Positions 15,006 through 26,962 of a stretch of 64,000 nucleotides of DNA are shown in pieces. This DNA comes from Trichoplax adhaerens (taxonomy: Eukaryota > Animalia > Placozoa). The position numbers were made by a program, and so were the translations under genes. Location of the stretch: contig NW_002060945.1 in NCBI RefSeq assembly GCF_000150275.1, forward strand, positions 4,761,397 to 4,825,396. Direction: 5' to 3'. Each line of letters begins with the position of its first letter. Within the stretch, counting starts at the first letter, position 1. The notes beneath the pieces were generated by a model. It searched no databases and was not told the origin of the DNA. It saw only the letters and a program-made list of their open reading frames with translations.

Positions 15006-15694
15006 AAATTATCGTGATCCTAGCTTTTGGGCAGAGAATGTTACCTTTCATGTTTATGAATCATGCTATAAAGTGTATCTGGATAGTGTCTGAGTTAGTA
15101 CTTTAGTTTTTATTTGCAAGCTCCTTCATACATATACGCGTAATTTCTTGCCTTTATGAATGGTGCAGTAAAACGATTGCAGCAAAGTGGAATACTGTAG
15201 ATTTATGGATTGTGAATTAAATTTTAGATATGAATAGAAGATTTGAATGTTGCATACTGAACCTATTGTTAATTTATATCTTCAGAAGTCAACGAAATAT
15301 GTATTTCAATATTAATTATAGAATTTAGAATTTACAAATATCATATAGTTTTATAGTCAATCCCTTGCGTTAAAATTTTTATTGTAGCTTCTGCATGATC
15401 AGTCTTAATAAATAGTTATCTTTATTGCATCGAATAATATATTTAATCCCTTTGGAATTGGATCAGCATGTCATTAATTTATATTTAAAGTTGAAGTTGT
15501 TGCTTCAACAGTAGCTATAGTAAATAAATATTTACAATAAATTAACAATTTTAATTAGGCTTACAAATACTCTTTATACTGGACTGCACAGTCTTTATTA
15601 GTGCGTCTATATACAGAAATTGTTAACGATTAGAGTATTTGGTATTGCAAATTAATGTAATACAAATGTTAATTTATGTTCAATATACAGTACT

Positions 15695-18600
15695 TCATTT
15701 TAAGCTGTGCTGATACAGGGAAATTAGGGCTTTAAATCGGTCTTTCACCTAGAAATTAACATGGTCAAAATCATTAGTAACATAAACTATACATTATCGG
15801 GACTCGCTACTTACATCAGATTCTGTTCGATTGAGTTTCATTGCAAGAGTGTTAAAAATATCTGGTGAAAAGCCACCTTGACAAGCGCGTAAAATTTCTC
15901 GATCGCAATCCCTAAATATGCGTAACAAAGTAGCAGAGGATTTACGAGAGTGCTATAATGTGCATAAGGATGAGAATATTTGAATTAACAGTATTTCGTA
16001 AAGGTACGTACTTTGTCCACATGACCACTATGTCTCCATTAGAGGTTGTAGTATGATTTTGGGCATGTAGTTTTTCATTAATAAGATTTTCTTCATCAGT
16101 TTCATCCGTATTGTTTTCTGGTTGGGAGGTATTTTGTTCATCAGAACTAATCGAATTTTCGCGCTGTACACATTCATTACCGTTAGATTTACTGGCTTTA
16201 AGATTCTTAGTTGCGGTATTATTTCCATCATCATGATTATGAACTTCTTGAGATGAATTACAAATTTTATCAGCGTTGAGAAAACTGTTGCGCTCATCAG
16301 TAGTGGATTTTTCGGTGACCGTAATTTCAAGTGGATGATTATTAGTAATTTTTGTTGATGGAGATGTCGCAGCTGATTTTGATGATTTATTGCAGAAACA
16401 GTCATCATTTGTACTCTTTAATTCTATAGTTATATTTTTTATAGAGTTATAATTGCCAGTAGAGGCATACGACTGTTTTTTTCTTTCTATATTCTGACGG
16501 TGGCAATTGCACTTGCATTGTTTGAATTTAGGTTTTACCCCATTTTTTTCCATAATTCTATGGTTACACTGATTACAAATAGTTTGATTTTTATTTACAC
16601 CTTCTCGGCCATCCGTCAAGTCTACTTCTTCGAAATAATCCTTTATTTAAAAAAAGTTGAAAAGTCAAATTAGTGAAAGCGCCCTGTTATCAATAAGAAT
16701 GTAAATAACTTGGTACTACCATCAAGGAGTAAGCCAAAGTTAAGGCAATATTTAATTTTCTATTTTATAACTAATAACCTCCTCGTCCTTTAACGTATCT
16801 AGTATTTCTGTCTCTTCAAAATCGCTGTAATTGTTGGCTGGAGGGAATGTATCTTTGAAAAATCTGTTAAATTCATCTATCAAGTACTTTTGACCTTTCA
16901 ACATATTAATTATTGATTGATGTAGCTAGAAGTGGTTCACAAAGTTGTAAAAAATGTTATTATCGTCTAACTAATTCGTGTGAGTTTAAGTGTTATTCTA
17001 CATAATAATAAGGAGGTATCCGATTAAGGTCACCTTAGATGGATTTTGATCACTTTGTAACCAAGTTGAGAAACACTTTATAATTTTTTGAAAGTGGACG
17101 GGGTTCTTTTCGAAGTGTATCTAAAATAAGATACATAAGATACCATGTATGTGTATTTTTATTATGGATTATGCGATATACAAATTCAGATATTTTGTTT
17201 CTAGAAAATAGACGCTGATTTCTGGGCTTTGAAGTAAATTAATAGCTACTTAGCGCCATACCTCCACTTTTCTAAGAAAGTTTCGCGCCATGCTAAAGTC
17301 TAGATTTTCCATAAACTTTACAAGCATGTAAAAAAGAGTAAAATAGTTATCATGGATTAAATGTTGGTTTAATATTATTATACTTAGAAGCTAACCATGC
17401 CGACAGCCTTTGCATCTTGTGGTTCTAGGAAACCAATAAAATCTTGTAAAAGTTCCGGGTACTTATGCAACAGGGATTGCACTTCATCATATAACTATTA
17501 AAAATTATTGTTAAAAATGATTTTAAAAAAATACATTTGAATTTTACGTACGGCATTCCTTACCTCTTTAGGCGATAAATTTCTGCTAGTAAATCCTGTA
17601 AGCGTTTCCAAGAACTGTAGGTATAAATCCTTATCGTTTTGTAAGGTAGCCTGCACATTGTACAAGTTATAAAGCAAGTTTATCAATGTATTAATAGCTA
17701 CATTAAAAAAGTACTATTATGCTACATACCTTGACTTTAGTCAAGTAAGCTGAAGCAAAGCTGTCCGTACGTTGTTTTCGCTAGAAAGATTGAAGCAATC
17801 AGATACTACTTGAAAAAACAGTTTGTTACACAGTAACACTAAGTTACCAGTGGATCAGGTTGCAATTGAATTACACCGGTTAAGTTGGATACTCTTCGAT
17901 TACCATTCCCAGTGGTACTGACACGATAGTGCGATCGTGGCTTAGCAGTACCTATAGAGACTAAAAATACAGGCGTGTTTACGTTAACTCGGATATATTA
18001 TCGTTTATTCTTCACTATTCTACTATTTACTTAATGCAGGTCAGATATCGTAAATGTAAAAGGTGTAATATTAGAAGGCACATTCGTATACCAGATAACA
18101 AAAGGTTACATGAGATATATAGCAACATACCAAGGTTTAACGCGTTCTCTTGAAAGGTCTGTGTGGCAGGCTTAGCTTGACTGATTAGCAGATTACTATC
18201 CTGTATCTGAATTTCTTCCCTAAATGGTTTTCGGAATTAACGTCAGGTAATGATATAATAAGGCTATATCCTGTTACCGCTCATAAATAGTGATCTTTAA
18301 TTAAGATACGTACGTTTTATTCGATTTCAATGATTGTTGCTTCTTTTCGATGACTGATTGTGTATTATGTTGATCATGTAGAGATTGTGCCTTATCGTTC
18401 AATTTTCTTTGATCGTCAGATAGGCAACTGTCAGAAATGGTTCTCTGAGACAAATGATTCTGTTTTGCTAACGAATTTGGTTCAGAACTGTTGCCATTAA
18501 CCGTGTTGTTGTCTTCATTATCTGAATACAATGGCATCAACCGTCGAATTCTAGTGCACTGCATGTTTAGATTCTTTTGCTATAATATATATCACGATAA

Positions 18601-21600
18601 TATCAAGTATTAATTTTTAAGATAAATATTGCAATTCTTGTTGGCTTCATCACGATATTTATATGAGAAAAAAAATCATAGGCAACGAAATTCGTGTTAC
18701 AACTCTGCATATTTTTATAAAAATGAACTACGTACCTGATACCATTGTGGTATTAAATTTTTAGTACATGTGGGAACGTCTATTCATTTAATAATGTAGA
18801 AAGAATAAATAGCATGTAATAAATTCCTATATAAAAATCTCAAATGTACTTAATAATTACCTGGTAAGGGCAATAATTCCTTTTTCTTGTAGTAGTGCTG
18901 TCAAGATCATTTAAAAATATTCAACATAAAACTTCTAAAAATAGTAGTTCTGGAACGACTGCATGATTTGATTAATTTTTAATACCTTAACGATGTTATC
19001 AGGCGATCGTCCAGAAGCTAAGTTTTTACACCGTATCCTAATCTATGTTTTTGGGATAGTTTTTAGGTTAACAAAGAGTAAATCATAAGCATTATGTTGT
19101 TCTATTTAACGTAGTTACTTGTTTAGCTGTTTTAGTTGGTAGTAGATGTTCATGTATTAAATTCCATTTCTTGTTAAATTTGGACAACCCGATTGCTAGT
19201 AGGCTGATAAAATATAAACGATCATTGCAAAAATTAATATTTATTGACAAGTATGGGTATTTAATTGTTATAACAGCTACCTATCTTCTGCTGTAGTAAA
19301 CTTAACACGAAATTTTTCTTGTTGTTTCATAACTTCATCAGTTGATACTGGGATTGAAAGATGAGACAATTGGAAACTGAAATCTTTATTAAATTATCAT
19401 ATAAGAAATGACGTAAGCTTCACTTACGGAAACCACACTGGGGTATTAGATGAGGATTGAGAGAAAATACGAAGGAAGTATGAATTATTTCTTTGACTTC
19501 ATTTGGGACCGGTTGCAAAGCTAATAAAAGGTGGCGATGTTAGGATACAAAAAATTCTCTATTATGCATTATAAAACTTACTATCATAATGCTTCTTCTT
19601 TTTTCGATTTTCGCCTTTAGAATAATCAAAAAAATTTATTAAAACTTTATTCACTTGTTATATTAGCACTGTCATCTAAATGATTTACCATCATCGGATT
19701 GATCACGATCTGCGACTCCATCTATACCTGATGGTTCTAAAGGAATGTTACCGATTCGTACTATTTCATTTGAATATTCGTTATTGAAAATAGATTCGGT
19801 AATATTCAACCCATGCTTTTCATGTAGTTCTGTCCAATTACAAGATTGTAAAATTATTTGGAATAAATAGGTAATGAGCAATAAATCATGATTAAGGACG
19901 AACCATAGGACTTTCTTTTTCCGTCTTCAAGTTCCAACTTAAAGTTAAAAGCTCTTATTAGAATATATAAACAGATTATTTGATTCCAAATATGATAAAC
20001 AGGAAACATTACTTACAAGAAGCTTTCGGCAGTCCTTTGCGACAGGAGCTAGACTAACCTCGAATGATGATAATAGATAACTTTGAAGCAATAGCTGAGC
20101 ATGCTAGTGGATGAAAAAACGTAAGTTAAGCTGCGCTAACAATTACAATTAAAGAATAGGTATCGAACAGACCTGGTTTAGCTGTTGTTGTAGTCTAGAT
20201 CGTTGCTGAATTGTCAAAGCAGAACGTGTAGTTATAGATTCTGAAGATATCGGCGTTGGAATAGCTTCGTCCGAATATTTTATTTCGTGTTCATTCAAAT
20301 TTCTTGTTTGGACAAAAATTTATTTGTTAGTGCCGTTATAATTAACAATACGTCTATGTTTAGCACGAGAACAGGGAATAACTATAGACTACTAGTTGCA
20401 TAAAGATAGTATGGAGATGTAGATTAATTAAATTCTGTCGAATTGCAAATTAAAAACGAACTTACGTCGTGATTGGTTCAGTTTCACTATTGTTATTGAC
20501 CAGGCTGACATCAGGTACATTAGAAATTTCATACTAAAAAAAAAACAATTACAAATAAATCGAGCATATCGAAATTTACTGTTACGATATCAATTGACTT
20601 ACCAATTCTTCTAAGTTGTCAAAAAGTTCAGCAATTTCTCGTTCTACAATGTATGTTCAGATTCTTTAAAATTATATTCTTTCCGTTGTTAGATAAAATT
20701 TTTGAAAGGGAATATAGTATACTAGTGATACAATCAGACTTACGAGAAATTCGAACAGCCTTATCGTTGCGAAATTCCTCTATTTCCTCTGGCTCTTGTT
20801 CTGTAAGGAAATTATACTCAACATCATCCAGTTCATTGTCATCCATGAGGTAATCATCTAAGAAATGGGTGATAAAAAATATAACGTTATAACAATTAAC
20901 TATTTAAAATGTGTCGTATTTTCAGACTATCACCGTTCGTTAATATTAGCCCGTAGTACGCAAGTATAGTGTCCTAATGCTTCTGAAATATGAGATTACC
21001 GTTATGGTAAACTGCTCCTTTCAGCCATTCCCTCCAATAAGTGTCATCTTCATCAGATTCATCCTTTATTCGGGAGCTGTAAACAACAGGCAATTCCGGC
21101 GTAGTATCGGGTGTGTCAGTGCTAGCTAATAAATGATGAAAGTTATGGAAAGGTGTACTATAACATAACGAGTATACTGTATCAAGCAATTTTGCCGTAA
21201 TCTCTTACCATCCAATTCCTCTAAGCTAAGATCGTCTAATGGACATTGCGATCTAGTTCTTTTAGCGATTGTATCTTCATTACAATTATCGTTATCACTT
21301 AAACTTCTGAATGAATTGTTTTCATCATTTAAATATTTCGGACATTCTTTTTCAGCTCGTAGCTGTTTCGTAACACGTTCATGTTCTCGAACTAGAGCGG
21401 CTAGAGAGAGTGACATGTCATCATTTCCATCATAATTTTCCATACTCGTGAGATTGGAATTTGAATTGATATCTTCATTTTCCATGATAGTGCTATCATC
21501 TCCCATCCTATGATATAAATTGATCTTTTTGAGTGCGTTGTTTCCATAATTAGTACGATTGCTAATGCGTCCCGTATATATAATAAAATTCTTTAGTAAT

Positions 21601-24041
21601 TTAAGATTAGTAAAATACTGCAATGTTTTTATAACTACAATGTGTTAACTACAGCTTATAATAATGATTTGATACAATATAATTTGATATAATGGCATAT
21701 TATAGGAATCGCACAATTTCTGCGAGGAATCTTCCATTTCTTCATCACTACTATCGCCACCCTAAACATTAAAAAATGCATAACTTTAGACTTTGATAGT
21801 GACCAACAGTACTTTTAAATTGTAATTATCATCAAGAAAAGCGACTAGTAGCATACATAATTTTCATCATCTTCGACTGAGACTCGATCTGGTTTATAAT
21901 CCTCGTCAGAAGAGCTATCAGGCCATTCATTAAAATCGATCTATACAGGTATACATAATTGCATGAAATAAAACACGATGTGTAGCAGTATTTACCACAT
22001 TTAAAATTGTAATCATTAAGCTGGTCATAACTTTATCAAAGAATTTAATCATGCACCACATATGTTACATAAGACATGTATCTTACCATCGGTTTCAAAA
22101 TATCAATTTCTTTCGCCTAGAACATTACATTAATATTATGCCGTTTAGGTAAGTCGATTCTTAAATAAAACTCCATGAATAAAAGTTTTTATGCTGTAAG
22201 ATTTTAATTATACAATAATATTTACAAAAGATAATTTATTATACGATATTTATAAAAATACAAATCAGACATCGTATACAAGCCCATCATAAAGTTGATC
22301 GATATTGACGCAGTAGCCATTGAGAATTTTAAAATTTTAGTCAATAAGCAACTACTTTGAAAGCTTTTAGGAGTATTATAGGGTAATTAGGCTTACAAGC
22401 ATAACAGCAGCTGGATATTGTTTCAATATTTCCGGTGAAGAGGATCTCCTTAGGTATTCTTTCAATTTTGAGCGGGTTAATTTTGGCTGTAATTAATAAG
22501 TCATAAATGCCATTAGATATATTTTACTCGATCCAGAATTAAGACATAAAAAAACTCTTTACTGCAGCAACTTCGTATTGTTTAAGAGCTTACAGATTAG
22601 GGTATTTATTCCGTAAATTACATAGAAAAATAGCGTAGATGAGAAATACGAAACATTCTCAACAAGTATCTACGTGAAGAATATAATTTTATTTATTACT
22701 ATAGAAGAACATTTATTGCCATTATACCTGCCTTACTTTATTTAGCAACAACTAATATTATTTATTAATAATTGTGAAATATAATGTCAAGGTTTACTAG
22801 GGTTATCTAGGTGTCTTTCTATTTCTGTTACTTCAACCTAACTTAATAGTAATTAAGTAAAAGAGTTATAAGTCTTTGAACAATGTACCACAACATCTAA
22901 ACCAATATGAGGTTGTTATAGATCAAAGCTACAAATTGACAGGCAAGTGCAGTTGGCACAGAGTACGGTACCGCTCTAACAAACAAGTACGTGAACAATG
23001 ATTTGCTGACGGCAATACAATGTGTTAAGGGCTGTACCAACAGCCTGTTTGACCAAAGTAGATCTGCACTTTATTAAAACTTATGCTGCTTATTTATAGT
23101 TGCAGAACTGTTCTATAATATCTATTTTGTAGCACACATGTAATGTAAAAGTCAATATCATTTCAACCACAGCAATGATAAGGATTTCAGTACTGTTTAC
23201 AGTACTATACATTCTTTCTTTAATTGATTTCCTTCGTTGATCATTATTATCGATTGAGTAGCTCATGATGAATAACGGAAGCCCGTTAGCAGCAACACAT
23301 ATCGATACGCACATGTCTATTAAAGAGATTGCGTAATCATACAACATTTTAATCATTGTAGAGCGTATTCCAATAGATTATCAATTTGGTGAAGTGACGG
23401 ATACGTCATTCTTGATGACTAGAGATTGTTTTGAGAGTGAATATTGTCGAGTGGACTTGTTCAACTAAGTATACTCATATCCACATACGTTATTGCCATA
23501 CATGCATAAACTTACACATTCTGAAAGAGGCTTTGTAGCATTTGATCCGTTATCAGCGGTTGCTTGTTGGACATATTTCACAACCCTTTCATCAGCAATT
23601 ACATTCTAAGGGAGGAATATAAATAAGTATTGGCTGACTCATAGTAAAATTTATTACTTTGGTGCACTATACATATACCATATACAGTACTGTAGTAATT
23701 TTATCTTATAGGTTGTGTAAGAATTGACTAGTCACTGGTTCTATGGAAGCTATCTATATTAGTTAGCACAATTATTATTTTAAAGTATAAGAGTACAGAT
23801 TGAATGTTATCAGACGTACACGTATAATACTTTTCACATTCAGGGCAGTCAAGTTACTTCTACTAGCATTGTCTTCAAGGAAATTTTCTAAAGCTTGGTT
23901 TATCTGATTATTGAGTTTGTCTAACTGATCTTCAGCATCAATTTGTAAATGATTGACTGGGCTGCCTTCAGGTTGATCTTCTTTTCTCTTTTTCGCTAAG
24001 ATATCGAATTCGTTGTCGTCTCGTTTCCTTTTAGTTTCCAT
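15695..24041 (-). CDS. GON4L: GON-4-like protein (YY1-binding region, PAH domains, C-terminal SANT/Myb-like domain), multi-exon
   Basis: Starts METKRKRDD (ATG 24041). Contains LTALNVKSIIR, TRSKLKE, IAKRTRSQCPLDDLSLEEL, YNFLTEQEPEEIEEFRNDKAVRIS, FTTAEDSLLAIG, PAH-like segments (AYLTKVKATL..YLQFL; YPELLQDFIGFL) and the C-terminal VVMWTK/DCDREILRACQ..FNTLAMKLNRTESD/VKDRFKALISLY motif. Stop TGA at 15695-15697. Internal exon boundaries were traced by eye. Confidence 0.85.
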
Positions 24042-24528
24042 CCACGATGTCAGTATAGTCAATTTCAGTAATTGATTGAACGGCTTTCCGATCGAAAAGG
24101 TATTTGAAATGCAGTTATGTACTACACTGCTCGCTACAGTGTCCAGTACGTTCACTAGGATAACGCAAGTCTTGGTCTTGCTTAACAGTTACATCGTTTA
24201 AAGATTAGCGTTGGTTACCGATAATACGGATATTACTTACGCAAGCACCATTTGCCTGATTGCCTTCTTAAATACTTTGGTCGATCTTGAATAAGCGTGA
24301 TTGTTGTTATTTTGCTTGATAAGTGAATGACTAAACAAACCATGAACATTTGGCGATTGCGTAGGGCAATAAGTAGCAAAAGAGAAAGATACGACGAGAT
24401 GGTAATATTCTTAAATTGAAATTTAAAGGAAAAGTTTTACCAATAACTGTACTTTCTTCGAATAATATTCTGGTAGAACTGCAAGCTCCCTTGGCAATGA
24501 CTGACTGCACCTATCTCGGTAGATTTAA

Positions 24529-24770
24529 ACAGTACTATACCAAGGACTGTACTGTACACTGTACTGTACAGTACAGTATTTAATCTTAGAAGTCGCTGAC
24601 TTCACTTTATCGGGGCTGGTCTGTTCCCATACTGTACTGTACATACTGTACTGTACAGTGTACAGTGCTGTATAGGGCAGTGAATTGCATTTTGGCTACA
24701 GTACAGTGTACTGTAGTCAAAATTTAAAGCCCGCGAAATACTGTAAGCTTATTTATAGTATAGTATTTAC
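24529..24770. promoter_or_regulatory. TACTG/CAGTA pentamer island upstream of GON4L
   Basis: Dense pentamers with a 20-bp perfect palindrome actgtactgtacagtacagt at 24558-24577, ~500-700 bp 5' of the GON4L ATG. Confidence 0.55.
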
Positions 24771-24819
24771 TAACTATGCGCAAGATGATTCATTTATACA
24801 GTATGGCGACTTCGTAACT

Positions 24820-25455
24820 GTGGCGGTTTCACACCGGTCTGTAGTAAAAATACACTAAATAAGAACTCTAGTAATGACACAAATAAGTATACTAATAAGT
24901 CTAATATACGTATTAATATTTCTAGAAAGTCTTTACTGACTGTAAGAATGTACCTAGTTCTACAGCATAGTCGATTCGAAGAAGATTCACTACTAGGTCT
25001 TCTTCTACAGCGTAGTAGTCCATGTCTACATTTATTAGTGGCGGTGTCACAGCGGCCTATAGTAAAAATACAGTAAATAAGAATTCTAGTAATGACACAA
25101 ATAAGTATACTAATATACGTATTAATATTTCTAGAAAGTCTTTACTGACTGTAAGAATGTACCTAGTTCTACAGCATAGTCGATTCGAAGAAGATTCACT
25201 ACTAGGTCTTCTTCTACAGCGTAGTAGTCCATGTCTACATTGATTAGTGGCGGTATCACAGCGGCCTATAGTAAAAATACAGTAAATAAGAATTCTAGTA
25301 ATGACACAAATAAGTATACTAATGTACGTATTAATATTTCTAGAAAGTCTTTACTGACTGTAAAAATGTACCTAGTTCTACAGCATAGACGACTCAAAGA
25401 AGATTCACTACTAGGTCTTCTTCTACAGCGTAGTAGTCCATGTCTACATTTATTA
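24820..25455. repeat. Tandem repeat, 3 copies of a ~209-bp unit
   Basis: Units start gtggcgg at 24820, 25038 and 25247. Unit 1 is 218 bp because of a 9-bp internal duplication. Copies are highly similar and explain the duplicated spurious ORFs at 25022 and 25231. Confidence 0.95.
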
Positions 25456-26163
25456 AAATTACAGTACTACTTGTATACTGTACTATCTCAATATGCAATG
25501 CGTAAAACCGTAAATCGTTGTAAGCGCTCTTTTTTTAGTTTCGAAAATTGATACTGTTAGTACAGATATCTCAAGTTTCAAAAACATTGCAGGAAGACTC
25601 TAGACTGACTCTGGTTTACAACACTCGATAACGTAATTGATTTATGATCATTGTAAAATGGCCAACTAAACTGTGTAGCTACCTTGTTTTCTTAAAATAT
25701 TCGCAATAAATTTAAAACGATTCACCTCATTAACGCTAGACAAGCTTTTACTGTAATTTGAGTCGAAGCTCTTGAGTTGGCTGCGTGTCGAGTTGGGTGG
25801 CTGGAGCAGCTATCGATTCGAGCTCAAGATTCAAGGGGCAGCCTCGACCAGCGTTCAGCCTAGAGTTGAACTTATTAATCGAGTCGGGCTAGGCCGATAG
25901 CTACATTCTGATCATGGCTGTAAAATGTCTAGTACGTAGTCCATGTTCTGACTCTGTTGATTGATTTACTACCTGTCTTTATCTCTTTACATTTACTATT
26001 GCACAAATGAATAATAGGCTAGCTCACAGCGAAACTGGCAATCAAGACTAGTAGTTATATAGGCAAAATGTGAAGTAAAGGTATATAAGTAAACGTAGCC
26101 ACTGTCAGTGATACTCTGTTGTATTCGCACACATGTAGGATTGTAGGTGTAACAAGCATTCAA

Positions 26164-26206
26164 CATGGACTACGAGAAAAAAATAATATTTTTCTAGTAG
26201 TCTATG
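26164..26206. mobile_element. Short inverted-repeat element (possible MITE remnant) with CATRGACTAC ends
   Basis: catggactacgagaaaaa...tttttctagtagtctatg: 18-bp arms match at 16/18 positions. The same end motif recurs elsewhere in the window. No target-site duplication was confidently identified. Confidence 0.4.
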
Positions 26207-26962
26207 CATTCAATAAATACATATAGTTTACGGGTTTTGTGTAAATTTGTTAAATGGTTAATTGATCGATATCATCTCATTTTCTCTCTGTAAATGGAAA
26301 CGTAACATTTAATGATTGGATCGAGCCTACAATCGTGTTTACAATAGACCGAATTGGTGCAGTCATGAATAATGATTACTGACATAACAGCCCTTTCTGT
26401 TATAGTGTTTACTACACATAGAAAATATTAAAATACTTCATTTTTTTTGTTTAGTAACTGTCAAAAAGTATAAATAAATTAATTCATGGGTACCGAGTTA
26501 CAAAGCATTGCATCATAATGCAATATATAATATCCGATCACGTCATTTCAACCCATAAAAAGCACATCATACTTATACGTGTACACGAGTTCATTTTTAA
26601 ACTAATAGTCTACGTCGACATCATATAATGTACCGTACCACTAAGACGATAGTCCGTTATGGTGTTTATTAGTAACTAACCAAAGGCATTTGCTGGATGA
26701 ATACAGTATATATTAATGATGTCATGCACAATTCTATCATGTTTTTATTCTCAACTTCACTGCATTATAGTTAGTCATCATTAAACAGTTCATTACGATT
26801 TGAAGGTACTACAATTTAGACTACTCTTATATTTGTACACAAGACATTGCAGAAAAACGTTTTACCTTTGCACACTGTTAATTAAATAATTAAATTAATT
26901 CTTTACTGATCGTGCGCAACCTACATTACATTGAATCAAATAAACTGCAATTCAATACTACC

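Noticed and set aside
22881-23500. GON4L intronic structure as telomerase RNA (AGAG..CUCU resembles P6.1)
   Set aside because: No TTAGGG-complementary template upstream on that strand; kept only as a generic structured-RNA candidate.
24820-25455. CRISPR-like or snRNA/SL-RNA gene array
   Set aside because: Whole units are repeated with no unique spacers, the context is eukaryotic, and no U snRNA, tRNA or 5S signature is present.
25022-25551. Two near-identical small ORFs (MSTFISGG.../MSTLISGG...)
   Set aside because: Products of the 209-bp tandem repeat, with no recognisable domain.
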